Below the pieces are notes generated by a model that saw nothing but the letters and a program-made list of their open reading frames with translations, was not told the DNA's origin and ran no database searches. A stretch of DNA of 64,000 nt, from contig JYFJ02001569.1 in NCBI GenBank assembly GCA_000934665.2, forward strand, positions 1-64,000, given 5' to 3'. The position numbers and the translations under genes are program-made. Origin of the DNA: Catajapyx aquilonaris (lineage: Eukaryota). Below are positions 11,771 through 25,427 of this stretch, in pieces; the first letter of the stretch is position 1, and every line of letters starts with the position of its first letter.

Positions 11771-14700
11771 TGGATAATATATTATTACGTTTTGAAATTT
11801 TTTAGAGAGAGAAAAAATGGAGGGTATAAGCCAGGCGTGAATCAGGGCGTGGAGATGTTCCAGACGACGTACATCACCGTGGTCTTAGTTATATTCCCCA
11901 CGGTTTTATTTGTGGAAGCAGGGCAGTCTCTGCAATATATACACTGGCCACGACTGTAAGGCTACCTGAATGTGCTTACAAGCCTGGACGGTGCAGGGGA
12001 GAGGAGAAGAGATGTGGGGATGGGGGGGGGGAGCGCAAATATAGTCGGGATGATGGTTACGCTTCGTCACGCAGTCTAAATTTGGCCGGCATTTAAAAGA
12101 AAGTGGGATTTCGCGACCCCTAGACGCGACTTTGCCATGTGTATATGGTGTGGACGACAGCGTACGTGTGACATATCAAGAGGTACTGCGGCAAACATGA
12201 AGGGTATAACTTTTGAAGCGACGGGAATCGTTAAGGATGAATTTGTCTTAAGTGCTTTGTTTCAAATTATGCATTTGATATTTACCTATGGCATCATTAA
12301 AATTATGATGTGTACAGTCTACGAGCAGCCATGGTCTTCCAGAAGTAAATTTTTGAAAATAAGTCATGGAATTCTAGCAATGTCTTTTACATATACTGTA
12401 TATACCCTACAGCCCTACACTGTAAAAAAAAAGCACTCAAAAATAAAGTGGTAGGCTACTATGCAGGAATGCCCAGAGCAGGGACAAGCGCCATTTGAGT
12501 TACCTGATATAACCACTCTTTCTCATTAGAGCTCTTTGACATAATATTAAAAACAATGAACTAGTAGCCTAATGTACTCCGTGATACTTGAGCGTTTTCT
12601 GCATGAAGCTGCATTGCGCGCATTTTTTTTTTGCTATATAGAGTACGGACTAATATTCCCTGTGACGTCAACAGCAACATTATGCAGAAAATGTATTTGC
12701 GCATCATATTAAATTACGTGAAAGATATTTCCAACAGGTAGCCTATATTACTTGCATATTGAACACAAGTATTGAGACTGTTTTGAATTTTTCTTTAATT
12801 TAAAGTCGTCTGTAAATGTATACGGCAGGATTAACTTATTTACCACGTTGTAAGGCAAAGCAAATCAGTGAAAATACCCACTTTAAATCAAATATACCGT
12901 ACACAATCATAATTATCATATATAATAAAACATCTTTTATCCATTTAACTATCTGGCAATTATTGCTTAAATATATATCACTTGTAAGATTCTCGAAGGA
13001 CATGCTGTCTTGCGATGAAATTAAATTACATGCTAGAAAATGGGTCCATAAAATTTCAAATTCCCAAATTATAATAGTGCAAGAACTAAGCAGTCGAGCA
13101 ACAAGAAAATACCAAAGTCTACGCCAATACGGGAGTCTAAGTCCTTGTTGCAATTATTTCATTTCTCTGACTCTTGATGACCACTTAAAAACAAAATTGC
13201 ACAAGAGTAAATTAAATTAAACTGAATTTAAACAAACTTCGCACAAAATATAGTTGTTGTAATATAACTGGTACGTTGAAAATGTGTAGTGTCCGACAGT
13301 AAGCTGCGCAAGCAAATTGTCTGACATTCTTGAAGAAAATGAGAGGTGATGAATAGAAGCGATTTGAATGATCGAAAGCCCAAAAAAGAGCCCCTATGCT
13401 CCTAGGCACCACACACTAGAACTTTTGTTCCCCTCTCCATGTTGGCAAGGCTTTTCAATACAGTCTGTGTAACGAGTCGAGTGAAGGTGTGCGAGGAATC
13501 TCATGGTAAAGATGTGCCAAGGTGAAGGTCAGATGAGGTGATTATTGCTACCACATTAATTACACCTATAGTGTTAGAGATCCCAACGGCAACTCTTAGC
13601 CTGGATGTATTGTACTGTATGTGATGTTCGACTGTAATGGGATATCAATTACCGAACGAATGCAGCGCAATTTCTTGAAAAACTGTTCCTAATAATATGA
13701 TGCAATTTGCATTTTTACTGTTACACTATACATAATGTACTGTACTGTAATTAAGAGACAGTAGGATGAGGGTCTTTCACAAAATCAGTGTTTTGTAAAT
13801 TGTAATGAATCTTGAGACCTCTTTGCATTGCTTGAACAACACTATAGGCGAAGGACACCTCTATTAGCCTTACCATGTCATGTGTCAGGCGTTTGATTTT
13901 CGCATACCATTATTGCAGCGAGATTTGCAAAACCGCTGCCATCATGTTTCTGGCAGTCAAATGACGCATTGTGATGGTGAATCCGAGCGTAGAACACGTC
14001 TGTGTAGATATGAACCTTTACGAAAAAGCAACAAAAAATGAGTCGAGGATGGAAAGAGGACGCTTGTTGGAGAACACGGCATAAAATAAGCTGCTAAAGG
14101 TGGAAGGGGGGTGGGGCTATATGGAGTAGTTGGCACACGGACTATCTGTTTTGGCACAGATAAACCTTGCAGGATGCGAACCGCCTTTTGTGAGACCCAT
14201 TTTTTATAATTATAATGGAGGTGGCGCTATATACAAACAAATGAAAAATGCAATCAGATAACTAAAGTGTGACAGTGATAGTACAACAAAAGGGGGTCGT
14301 CGAGAAGAAAACATGTTCCTGGGGGGATACGTGAAAAGCGAAATTCTGCGTTCCTTGAATGAAAAGGGTGTAGATAAAGGCAAGAGACGAGTAGTATATG
14401 TCGTATTTATAGCTGGGTTTAGTCTTACGCCAAGAGCAAAAGAGATGGGCAGATGAAGTTTAAGAGCCGCCATGCGGGGCAACAAACAAAAATAGTGGCA
14501 GCAATAAAGCGGAATTTACTCCCTCATTTCCAAACCCCTCGCACCACACACATGCACACCAGTTCTCATGTTTTGCGTCTCCTTATAGTTGCCCCCCCCC
14601 CCCTTCATACTCTCTGAGATAATACGCTTCACTTTAGCAATTAAATTATGATATTATGTGCTTTTATTACTTCCTATACGAGATTTTATGCCTGTAATAG

Positions 14701-16377
14701 TGTTGGATTCAGACTTGTTGGTGTATATTATTTTAGGACTCAATTATATATAATGGCCTGCTGTAATATTACAAACCTGTGCTTTATCCCTGAGGCGCAA
14801 TATACCGTACTGCTGTTTCGAAATATCCCTCCTTTTCATTTGATTTTTTCGGCTTAGAAACATGAAAATATTTGAAACATATTCGAGCTATACATAACAA
14901 TACTATAGGTATATGCCACTGAGAAACTGCCAATGAGAAATGTAGGCTGGAGAAGCATATATTTGCTAACCTTACAGTATGGAATTTATATTAAGTTTGT
15001 ACATGAGCTATACGTAGTTAAAATGCTGAGCCTATAATGATAAATTGAATATTATCCTGGAATGAAAGTTCTACTTTCCTGCTTTCGTGGGAAAATAAGG
15101 TTCATTTTTCACTAGAATTTTCCAACAATGTGAGTGGGTGTATCAAGTGATGATAAGTGGGCCGTCATTCAAATGCTTTATCTAAGACTCCTCTGTGAGG
15201 CCGAGGCCATTTCACTTCACTAGTTTCAAGGGAACTATTTTTTGGAGCTTGGAATCAGATCTTCATTGAGCACCGTTGTTCAGCTTGAAAGTTTAGCGGC
15301 ATAAACATATTAGCCCTGATATAGGACATTTTAAAATGCTGCAGGAGAACTAAAAAGTTGGATGAGACAAAGTCTTCTTCATAACATAATAAACAAGCAA
15401 AATCAATTATTAAAATACTGAATAACTGTATAGTATCTGCCAAGAATATTTTGCAGAGCTATATACATGGAGGAAATGGAAAATGTTCGCAATTCTTCTC
15501 GGCGGGCTTCTCTCTCGGCTCATTCCATATTTTTCTAATTATGTACTGTAGGCTATATATAGCTCATCAACATATTTGCTCTATCTGTGTTTTAGATATT
15601 TTGACTACATTATTTGAAGAAAATCAGCAGTTAAAACGTTTGTTCGAGCGCTTTTGTTTCGTTGTTCACATATCGTATGATCGGGAATTTTCTAGCTACA
15701 CTTCTCTTTTATGCAACCCCCAATGTAGCCAAACGGTCTAACCCTATTATTTATACGTGATAGAAAAAAAAAACCGGCAGATGATTATATGCGTCGGAAT
15801 TGGAATTGCCCAACTCAACTGGAATTGGTTTCAAGCCACCCAGGCATATAGCCTTACATCATGTGGATTCTTGGAAACCGTTTAGACTTCCTTCAAATAT
15901 CACTCTAGGGCAGGCCGCATATAACGTGAAAGCGGAATTATTTCTGACATACACTACCGTATATTCTCTTCTAAATGGCGCTGTCTTTTTCTTCCTGTGT
16001 ATTGAAAAAAATAGACTTATACCTTTGGCAAATTTTTGTGAGATGGTACTGTACATTTTTAAAATATGGTTATAAAGGCCCATTTCGATCCTATTGTCAC
16101 TGATATTGGAAAGTTTCTTGTAGAAGTAACACAATATATTTCTACTATACTCTATTGTTAAATTTTACTTTTTCAAGGAATGTTCCCCATGATTATTGTT
16201 GATGATCGTGTGTGGAGACTACTACACTGTAGCTGACAAGTTTTCTGAGAAGCAATTTTTATCAAAAGCTTGAACCGAAGGGTCGGATATTTTGACAAAA
16301 AAGGAAGTGCCTCACCACAATGTACCTGGAATATTTCCAAAATTTTATTGCCTTTACTAAATATGCACCCTATTCTA

Positions 16378-16807
16378 CAGGGTGAATCCGATCTCCACCG
16401 ACAGCCATGTACCAATGGCATAATGGGCAGCAGGGGATCAATTAATGTAGAGGAGTCATCATGTCTAGGCCGCCTCATTACGGAGATAATTGCCTTCAAA
16501 CACGTAGTATAAAGTATCCTGGGAGGTATGGAAACCTTCAGCCCCGACATCGCATCACTCGTGAAAATAGCAGCTTTTCCATTTAGCTACTAGCATGTCG
16601 CATGTGTACTGCATGTCGCATGTGATCTGTGACAATTTGTGACAATCTGTGACAATCTCTCTTAGGCCCAATTGCTAAATCGCAAATGATCAATTATCTC
16701 AGTAATGAGGCTGCTCAGACATAATGACTCCTCTACATTAATTGATCCCCTGGTGCCCATTATATGCCATTGGTACATGGCTGTCGGTGGAGATCGGATT
16801 CACCCTG
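16378..16807. mobile_element. Tc1/mariner-type MITE (TA-flanked, CAGGGTG ends, ~110-bp TIRs)
   Basis: TA|CAGGGTGAATCCGATCTCCACCGACAGCCATGTACCAATGGCAT... is mirrored by ...ATGCCATTGGTACATGGCTGTCGGTGGAGATCGGATTCACCCTG|TA. The spacer has short tandem duplications (GCATGTCGCATGTG x2, TGTGACAAT x3). Confidence 0.9.
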
Positions 16808-19800
16808 TATATGACCCCTCTGCTTCGACTATGTGTTATTATTTCAGTCTCATGTACAGAGTTATATTTTGTTCGGTTATTAATAACTGAAAAAATAAAC
16901 CCAAGTTTCGACTATGTATTGAAGGGGTGCCATGATATCATAATACGGGCCAAAAGAAAATTGCCCAGCATTTCAATCCAGAGTTTCAGCAAGCTACAAT
17001 GAGCTTCTCCTGAAGCCGAGTTATTATGAAGATTTGCGTCACAGTGACGTACATTATTTGTATGTTACTTACCTTAGGTTAGCCCTCAGCACTGTCCATT
17101 TCGATGTATCCTTGTAGATCTGAAAGCTTCAACGAGTGTCGAAAGATTATCAAAAGAGCAGGCAATTTCAAATCCAATGAAAAAAATAATAATAAGTTAC
17201 TCAGAAAATATAATTTTCTTTATTTATAGAAACATCAGTCCAGCAATGGTGCCGCAGGCTTTTCCTGTATTTTATAAACACTATAGGCAGGGTCAGATTA
17301 ACAACTGTATACTTTTGAGTTAAAAGAGTCCGGCATTATTGTCACTTTCTTCATGAAAGACCAATGCTCAAAGCACAAATAATATTATTTCCGCCAATAT
17401 TGAAAAAAAAACCGCGTGTGGCCCTTTGAAGCATCATCGTTATACATACTGCTGGGTATATTATTACATTGAAAATAAACTACTGGTGGCAGACTTCTAC
17501 AAGGTTATCTTCTAATCTATAGTTTACATCTCTTACAGCATATCACAAAGGGTATACTGTCAGTATCAAAGTATTGTATAGGAATGCTGATACTTTTCAG
17601 AGGGACGAGCAGGGTTTATACAGAACTATATAGTACAGGAACTTCAAGGTTCAAGCCACTCTCCCGGCAGGATAATCATTGACCTAGGGCAAGTCTAAAA
17701 TGAATAGTGATGAGAAATGCCCAAAAGCCAGCCGTTAACGATGAGCGTTTTTTGGTTGCTTTCCCCTTATTAGACAAACGAGTCTCGCATCTTATCCCAG
17801 AATGAATACACAGATAATAATCTCCCAAGAATATTCCTTGCCACACGTTTCCGTCATCATCGTCTACATCATTAACGGTTGGGTGTTCGACATTTCTCAC
17901 TCCTATGCACTTCAGACTTGTTTTGGTCCGACAAGTATATCCGGCGGGAGACAGACCTGGAGTTTTGACTCATAAACCTGTGATAAGATTATACTGCTGG
18001 TTTTCTATTTCTGTCATATTCAGGATGAATTTTTGGATGGTTTCTTGTTGTGTGGTCATAAGGTCACCCTAAAACAGGGCCTCTTTAAGACATCCTTCTC
18101 TTATTGAGGTTGATGTCACAAATAAATTTCTACTTACAAAATTGAACCCATACTCACCATTTATGCAACATCTCGCTGCAGACACAGCAGTGGACTCACC
18201 ATTACGTATAATAGGACTTCAAACTTTATCTGCAAATCTATTTTCATGTGTAGGGCTACAATCCTGGTATATACCCTAATCCTCGCATGAAACATATAGG
18301 TAATTTCCACAAGATAACTGTCATAGTGTAACATGTATATTGTATACAGGAAAAGCTAGTCAATGAGAGACCACGTTGAGTTACAAGTAAGGAAATACAG
18401 CTTTCCCTGCCTCTAAAAACAAGCTTTCAAAGGCTATATAATTATGTACTGTATATTTATATCGGGAGGCACTTGTTAGAATACTGAATGGCCACAGTCA
18501 CTATACCTTCCACCCCTACATCCTGCCCCCAAATGAGGTCGGTGTCGTACAGAAGTGGGTTATCATCATTGGCCAGCGAAGAGTCGGTTAGGCAGCGAAA
18601 GATCTGGGTTCCAGATTACAGCCAACAACAGCAGTTGGATTACATGGAGAGACTAAGTTTTTTTAAACAAAAATCTGTGTTTTATCTGCTGCTGCATTTA
18701 TACGCTATATGATGTTACCTACCTGCGTCAATACCTGAGATGTTATTTATCAGGGGTGTTTTGACTGTATCATAAAAGTTGCAATTTAAGCGAAAGTCTG
18801 TTATTCCAAGGGCTGTCAACAATGTAACTAACAATTAAAGGCTTGTGACCTCAGTAACTTACCATTCTAAGGCTGAAAGCTGCCTCATATCTGATTTCCA
18901 GCTGAATACAAGAGTCACATTTAAACAGGTCGGTTTCGTGTAATTATACTACAAGTACAAATACGCCGGAATGAGAACAAAACCCATGAAAACTCGGGGC
19001 AATTTTTTAAACTAGAATTTCCAGTTGCAAAATTTGAATTGAAGTCATTTTATGTCTGCAGGAAGTTTACAGCCTATAGAGCCCTATAGACCACAGATGA
19101 AGAGATGTGCATGCATTTTCTCAGAAGGGAGACTGCTAAGTGGTGCCCGGTGGCGCCTATCGAATGACCGTGTGGTTCTCCCGACTAGCTACATTTCTAC
19201 GATCTTCAATATATTGTTTTACACTTTCATCCAAGTGCATAGTAATAGGCTCGTGAAGTGTGATATTCCGCCGAAGTCTAAGGCCGAGTCTTTGAATAAA
19301 TAATAAAAATATTTCCTCTCTCGCCCTGTTGTCAAATATTTCATCACTGCTCTTTCCAATTCGTCCTTTTCTTTGGTAACCGCATACAGGTGCCAATTTC
19401 CATAACGGAAGTCGCAGATTTAGAGTCCCGTCATAAATCACGATTAAAATGTTAATGGAAGTCAAACAGATGGAGGGATATACTGTACAATAACGTGATT
19501 CGTCTGGGCTACAACAAAACACTTTAGATCTTCGCTATGGCTATAACCCTGAAATCACAAAAACCTACTCGTGTCCAATTTGCTTTACAGAACCAGCAGA
19601 AGGCCGTGTATTACTCATTCCAGACACACAAGCTTGCATTACTTCACGTGCAATCCCGGTTGCAGTTATTCAAGGATATTGACTCTCTACAGCAGCTGCG
19701 GGGAAAACTACCTGTAGTATTATAATGTTCAAAAGCAGCAATAAGTGTTTTAATAAATTATACATAATTGGCAGCATGGATTTGATTTCGTTTTCTGTTT

Positions 19801-21111
19801 TGTTATTGTTTCAGTAGCTTTCCACAGAGCCGGTGATGTCACTTATCAATATTCTCCTCATAAATGGAAAGTTATTGCCGTGCAATGCCTGATACTTTGG
19901 ATCCAAATCCCTATTTAACAGTAAGTTATACCGTGCCCGTCACATTGCCATTACACGGCATTCTACAGTATAAATTCACTTCTGTAGTGCATATCAACGA
20001 GAGTTACTTTTTTGTGCACAGCAGAGATGTAGCCCATACTACAGTGACACCTGCTTAGGCCTACAAGGTATATACAACGGAATTGCTCCTGCTGTCCGCG
20101 AAAATTTTATATTACAGACAAGTTTCCGCTATAGATTGGACAACACTCGCCTATTTTGGACACCCTAAATTATGTAATTGTTTCAGGAGCGACATGACTA
20201 TTACTCGGGGTTCTACAAGTAGAGTATACTGTATACATATACTAACAACCCAGAAAATATCCTTGGCTTATAAGGCAGGCTTCTACAGAGAAATCATAGC
20301 ACGATGCTACACAGCACTTACCTATTTATTTCCGTCTGCGGTCCCACCGACGTTGTTGCTTTCCAGTTGCCAACCCCGAAGGACGCAGAAGCAAAGGCGC
20401 TGACGTTGAAATACGGGGGGTGAAATGAGCTCATTTCTGAAATCTCTACTTAAAAATCTGAATATGTGCACCTAACGGGGCGTATGTGTGGCTGCCAAAG
20501 CTTGAAAGAGCGGCGGTTTAGGCTAATAAACCGCGCCAACATCACAGCTGGCATTTATGAGCTGGCGGCAGTAATTATTCCTAGCTTGTGGTGGTCTGCT
20601 GTCTTTTAGGACGGGCAAGGCCAGCAAGAAGTTGATGAGGACCTGCACACAAGCGCAACTATAGTCGTCTTCTGGCGGCAGGAAGAAGCCGCACATAAAA
20701 GAGACGGGAGACGTCAATAAAGCATATCATTGACGTTATGTGGAGGGCATAAAATGAGAAGGAATGTTATTAGCGGCTCTAGCCATACACACTCAGCAAA
20801 ATAATTATACGAGAGGCGGTACATAAGAGGATATAAGAACAGGTGGAACACACGTGTCAACAGGCAAGGATTCTGTGTATTTATGTATATTAATGCCCTT
20901 TTGGACAAATGTGTGCGTACAATATACATACCATTGCAACAGTGCGGAGAGGCGCTACTATAGTACATTGATACAGGTTGGAAACTATTATTTTGGCACT
21001 GCTATACGGAAACAGTTTTTTTTGCATACACGTGTTAAGGTGTATCAGTCACCTGGCACAGGTACAGGGAATCTGGATATAGTCACAAGCCACTCTGGAT
21101 AGACACTATAG

Positions 21112-21185
21112 TCACCGAATAAGGCTTAATTCACCGGATAATAAGGCTTAATTCACCGGATAAGATAAATTCACCGGGTATAAGG
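21112..21185. repeat. Short minisatellite (TCACCGGATAA...AAT units, ~4 copies) in the probable Pax1/9 3' UTR
   Basis: TCACCG recurs four times at ~17-23 bp spacing with an ATAAGGCTTAAT-type linker. Confidence 0.75.
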
Positions 21186-21461
21186 ACACAAGTCACAAGA
21201 TAAGGCATAAGTCAGACTTGAAAGAGCTGCCATGAGTATACGGGTGTGGTCAATCACCCATATAAAGTCTGCACTAATAGCGCGTCATGAGTTTCACATT
21301 GCCTGTAAATAATTGCGGATGTCAAAACTGTAAGGTACAATTACTGTGCTTCGCCATCACTTGGTGTGGACACTCCACACGTTGACATGCACTGATTGAA
21401 CGCATTGCTTTGTCAAAGTCTGCTATTATTCACAGTCCATATTGGTAGGCACTGAGTTTCC

Positions 21462-22384
21462 TCACAAGGCATTGCTTTGCGACAGAGAATGAGCATGGCC
21501 GTTCATGACCGTGGACAATGGTGTGGGCAAAGGCGGCGACACCTGCGAGTTACAACTCTGCAGGTACATGTAATAGTTGTAATTCTGTGCCGCCGCTGCC
21601 GCTGCGGCTGCGGCTGAGCTGTGGTCTCCCGCTGCTGCTGCGGCTGCCGCAGCCCCAAGAACTTGTCCTCCGCTCCCCATTGACCCCCCCTGGTGGTGAT
21701 GACTCCGAAAGGCCATGTTCACACCCAAAAGGTCGGACACAGTGTGAGAGGACGGCCACGAAGGTCTCATGGCAGTGGGCATGCACGGGGAGGTGGCACC
21801 ATTCGCGGCGCCCATCTTATTCGATGACGGAGGTTGCTGTTGTGGTGGTGGGGGTGGTGGAGGAGGAGGTGGTGGTGGTGGTGGTGCTTGAGAATACGAA
21901 TAACCCGGGTACAAGGTTGGGTACAATGCTGGAGGTTGGTGCTTGACTTCATAGTGACCCTGGCCACCCAGGTGTTGCAAGGTTCCGATCTTGTTGCGGA
22001 GGATGCGGCTGATGGAACTGACCGACGGCACGTTGTACTTGTCACAAACGCCGTCAGCCAGGAGCCGGTCCCTTATTTCCCAGGCAAAGATCCCAGGATC
22101 CTTCTGCTTCAGTTCTTTGATGTAGGCCACAACTTTGGGTGTAGTGACCCTGGGTTTGCTGCCCCCGATGGCACCAGGGAGGATTGATCCTGTCTCGTGG
22201 TAGCGGGCCAGGATCTTGGAGACACAACCATGGGAGACACGCAACTGTCGGCTGATGTCGCAGGGTCGGATGCCGAGCTGCGCCAGCTCCACGATGCGGA
22301 GTCGGACGGCGTTGGGAAGGGGACGGCCGTTGACGAAAACTCCGCCGAGCTGGTTCACCTCCCCATATTGTTGCAGCTGCGGGT
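21462..22384 (-). CDS. Pax1/9: Paired-box transcription factor Pax1/9 (Pox meso), main coding exon
   Basis: Complete paired domain ([56 protein letters not shown]...[39 protein letters not shown]), a Pax1/9-type octapeptide [12 protein letters not shown] and no homeodomain. A phase-1 splice acceptor (ttgtccctccgcag) sits at 22385-22386 and the stop TGA at 21462-21464. The ORF-track extension to 22544 is interpreted as intron. Confidence 0.96.
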
Positions 22385-23391
22385 CTGCGGAGGGACAATG
22401 CGCAGTCATTCCCTCACTGATGTGTGTCAGCCACCCATCCCCACCTGGTCGAGTTTCACAAACGATTTTCTCAATCTCATCTACATCGACAAAGTAAAGA
22501 AGATAAAGAATAAAAAATATATAAGAATTGAGCACTAAATCCAACGACGAATAGTAAGGAATATAGTGCCGATTTCACCTAGTCGCGACCGGACAAACAC
22601 CCCAATCAATTTATTTTGAAATTATTCAGGTATAGACATTACCATCTCCTGCGTCTATATAGCTGCTCTATTAGTAGGTAAGATTCCACAGTTTGCAAGT
22701 ATTTTTTCATATGAATATTCAAGTCAGATTATTATTTACTTTATTTTGATCAGTATATAACAGTTGAAATCTATTTCAGGCATTTTATCACCTTTTTGAA
22801 TGATTTTTACACGGTGATTTAATTAGAATAAATGAAATTGTCGCATCTTCCACCGACTTGCGAGCAGCCATTATAGACAAATAGTTTTTGTATGCCATGG
22901 CTCAAAAATGTATATGCATATGCAGCTTTGATGTATGAGGTATATAAGCTTACAGTCGTTCCACGCCAACTTGTTATTCTGATCTGGACTATTCTGGATT
23001 TGTTTTCATTTTTTGTCTGTATGCAGTGTTTGATAGGGGCACACCCATAACAAACAGCATAAATACGATATCTTCGTATGAAGTAGTATACTTCTACATA
23101 CGTAATAGGCAAAAGATTGGGCTGAAGTTTTATTATCCGGCTTGGATTGTTTTTACATTTGATAATAATAAGGGTCTGTCAAGATATCTCACTGAAGCGC
23201 TGACATTTGATTATTATATAGCCAAAGAGCAAAAATAATGGCATTCAATGGCTTTCTCACCTGTGGAACAAGGTCATGCATAACTTGATGACCACATTGA
23301 CGGCATCTAATGAGATAAGATCAGCCACCGACTGCACATGATGAGAGAATTTTGTTGTGGTAACCTATATAGTAGCATTGTTCAGCTATAG

Positions 23392-23609
23392 CAGCGGTTC
23401 CCAACCTGGGGGTCGCGAAGCCTTTTCCGGGGGATCGCGGGTGGCCGCGGAAATTTTGTATAAATTAAACAATTACTAATTTTTTTTAAAATCAAAAAGA
23501 TTTTATATGCAATTTCATCGCGAAGGTCTTTTTCAACACCTGCTAACATTCTGGGGGGGGGGGGGGGGGGNAAAAGGGGGTCGCGACCCGAAAAGGTTGG
23601 GAACCACTG
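23392..23609. mobile_element. Non-autonomous hAT (Charlie-like) MITE
   Basis: TIRs CAGCGGTTCCCAACCT / AGGTTGGGAACCACTG, a perfect 8-bp TSD AGCTATAG (23384-23391, 23610-23617), and subterminal GGGGTCGCG motifs. Confidence 0.92.
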
Positions 23610-23751
23610 AGCTATAGGCTGTTGGAAGATTGGGGGTGGGGGGTGGGAGGTGGGTGTCGTTCCTCTTTTTTTCAATATTCTGTACTATGTTCCCGTCATC
23701 TTTATGTCACTTTATATAAAACTCTGGGAGGGGGATACAAACTAACATATA

Positions 23752-24716
23752 CACTACCAGTCAAAAGTTTAGCATCACCCCCAAGTGTAGAGGTTTTTTA
23801 AATCTCTCAAGCCTAAACACTTACAGTAGGCCTACAAATTGAAAGTGTGAGGCACCGTTGAAAGAGTCGTGAATAACGCTATACAAACCGAAAAAGGAAC
23901 GGTTATTCTAGGTTCAACAGAGGCGCAGATATTAGGCCTACCTATTTTGTTTTTTAAAAAATCTCGAAAACCGGCTACATTTTCAACTATAAATATTAAT
24001 AAATAAAGGTAATCATCACGAATTCATGGTTTATTATTTTTATTTATGGCAATAAGTAAACGCTGAACACAAGAAAAATTACCACAAAAATGTAAAAAAA
24101 TTATCACTCGAACTGTAATTTGTTTTAAATTTTCGGCATTTCTTCTTATATGCAACCAGCAATTGACGTATCGTCAACAGCGCATAACTTGAGAACCGAT
24201 ACTCCTACAGAAATGAGGTTTAGACCCACCGATTTGTTCATGTTTTCCAAATCGGTGGGTCTAAACCTCATTTCTGTAGGAGTATCGGTTCTCAAGTTAT
24301 GCGCTGTTGACGATACGTCAATTGCTGGGTGCATATAAGAAGAAATGCCGAAAATTTAAAACAAATTACAGTTCGAGTGATATATATTTTTAATTTTTGT
24401 GATAATTTTTCTTGTGTTCGTCGTTTACTTATTGCCATAAATAAAAATAATAAAGCATGAATTCGCGATGATTACCTTTATTTATTAATATTTATAGTTG
24501 AAAATGTAGGTTTTCGAGAATTTTTTTAAAACAAAATAGGTAATATCTGCGCCTCTGTTGAACCTATAGAATGACCGTCCTTTTTTGTTTGTAGCGTTAC
24601 TCACGATGCTTTCAACGGTGCCTCACATTTTCAATTTGTACTGTAAGTTTAGGCTTGAGAAATATATAAACCTCCGTTTGGGGGTGATGCTAAACTTTTG
24701 ACCAGTACCGGTAGTA
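23752..24716. mobile_element. ~965-bp foldback element with Tc1-like ends (arms ~480 bp, 11-bp loop)
   Basis: TA|CACTACCAGTCAAAAGTTTAGCATCACCCCCAA... is mirrored by ...TTGGGGGTGATGCTAAACTTTTGACC..GGTAGTA|TA. The centre is near 24242, and the ORF track gives the same peptide on both strands (24146-24338). Confidence 0.92.
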
Positions 24717-25276
24717 TATGCTTCATCGCTTTTTATGTTCACATGTTCGAAAAAAATATTCACTCTGACTTTTGTTCTAATTCGTGTATTTTGCATTAAT
24801 GGGAGGGGGAGGGTGTCCGGCCCATTATTGTTTCTCCAGAAAAGTAAAATTAGAGAACTCTCCGATAAACTTAAGCCTTTGCACATTGCTTAATTTGAGT
24901 CACCATGCCTATGTCTCAATCGTCTGTAGATATGAAATATTTATAGCGCTTTACATCTTATTTTGCCTATATACTGTAGATACAAGAGTCGCATGGAGGT
25001 AAAAAACATGTGATCCAGACAGGGCTAATGGTATTCCCCGATCTTGAGCAGGCCGATGGAAACCAAATCCGTCTGACACATATATACACCGGTACTGTAT
25101 TGTGCATAATTATCCTATAAAGAGAGAGGATCCCTGCAATAATTTTAATACGGAAAGTTAATGAAATGACTCAATATTGACCTCTTTCATTAGCCAATGA
25201 CATTGAATGCCCAGGGCAAAAAATATACCGTAGTTTAAAAAGTTGGCACCAAGTTCAAGCTGCTAGCAGAGACTTA

Positions 25277-25427
25277 AGGGCATTTCACAAAAAAACGTCG
25301 CGCGGCAAACGTCGCGCGTTGCGGCATATTTCTTATTTATATTTATTATTGCCAATAATTAATAACAATTGGCGGGGCAGGCGTTTTCCGCTTGTCGCTG
25401 CCGCAAAATCTTTTTGTGTTTTGGCCT
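25277..25427. mobile_element. Possible PIF/Harbinger-type MITE
   Basis: TTA on both flanks, degenerate TIRs AGGGCATTTCACAAAAA / TTTTTGTGTTTTGGCCT, and an internal repeated AAACGTCGCGCG. Confidence 0.4.

Noticed and set aside
21112..21185. CRISPR-like short repeats
   Set aside because: Eukaryotic context, with tandem units lacking unique spacers and no cas genes.
1..21400. SLC25A21 or NK2 exons expected from the deuterostome Pax1/9 gene cluster
   Set aside because: I recognised no mitochondrial-carrier or homeobox peptide in the ORF track or in the stretches translated by hand. Small exons could have been missed.
21518..22538. Overlapping and antisense ORFs across the Pax exon
   Set aside because: Shadow frames of a GC-rich coding exon.
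22385..22544. N-terminal 53 codons of the 360-aa ORF as real Pax1/9 sequence
   Set aside because: Non-ATG start, pyrimidine-rich intron-like composition, and a good splice acceptor immediately before [10 protein letters not shown].
24146..24338. Near-identical 62-aa ORFs on both strands
   Set aside because: A consequence of the palindrome, with no coding evidence.
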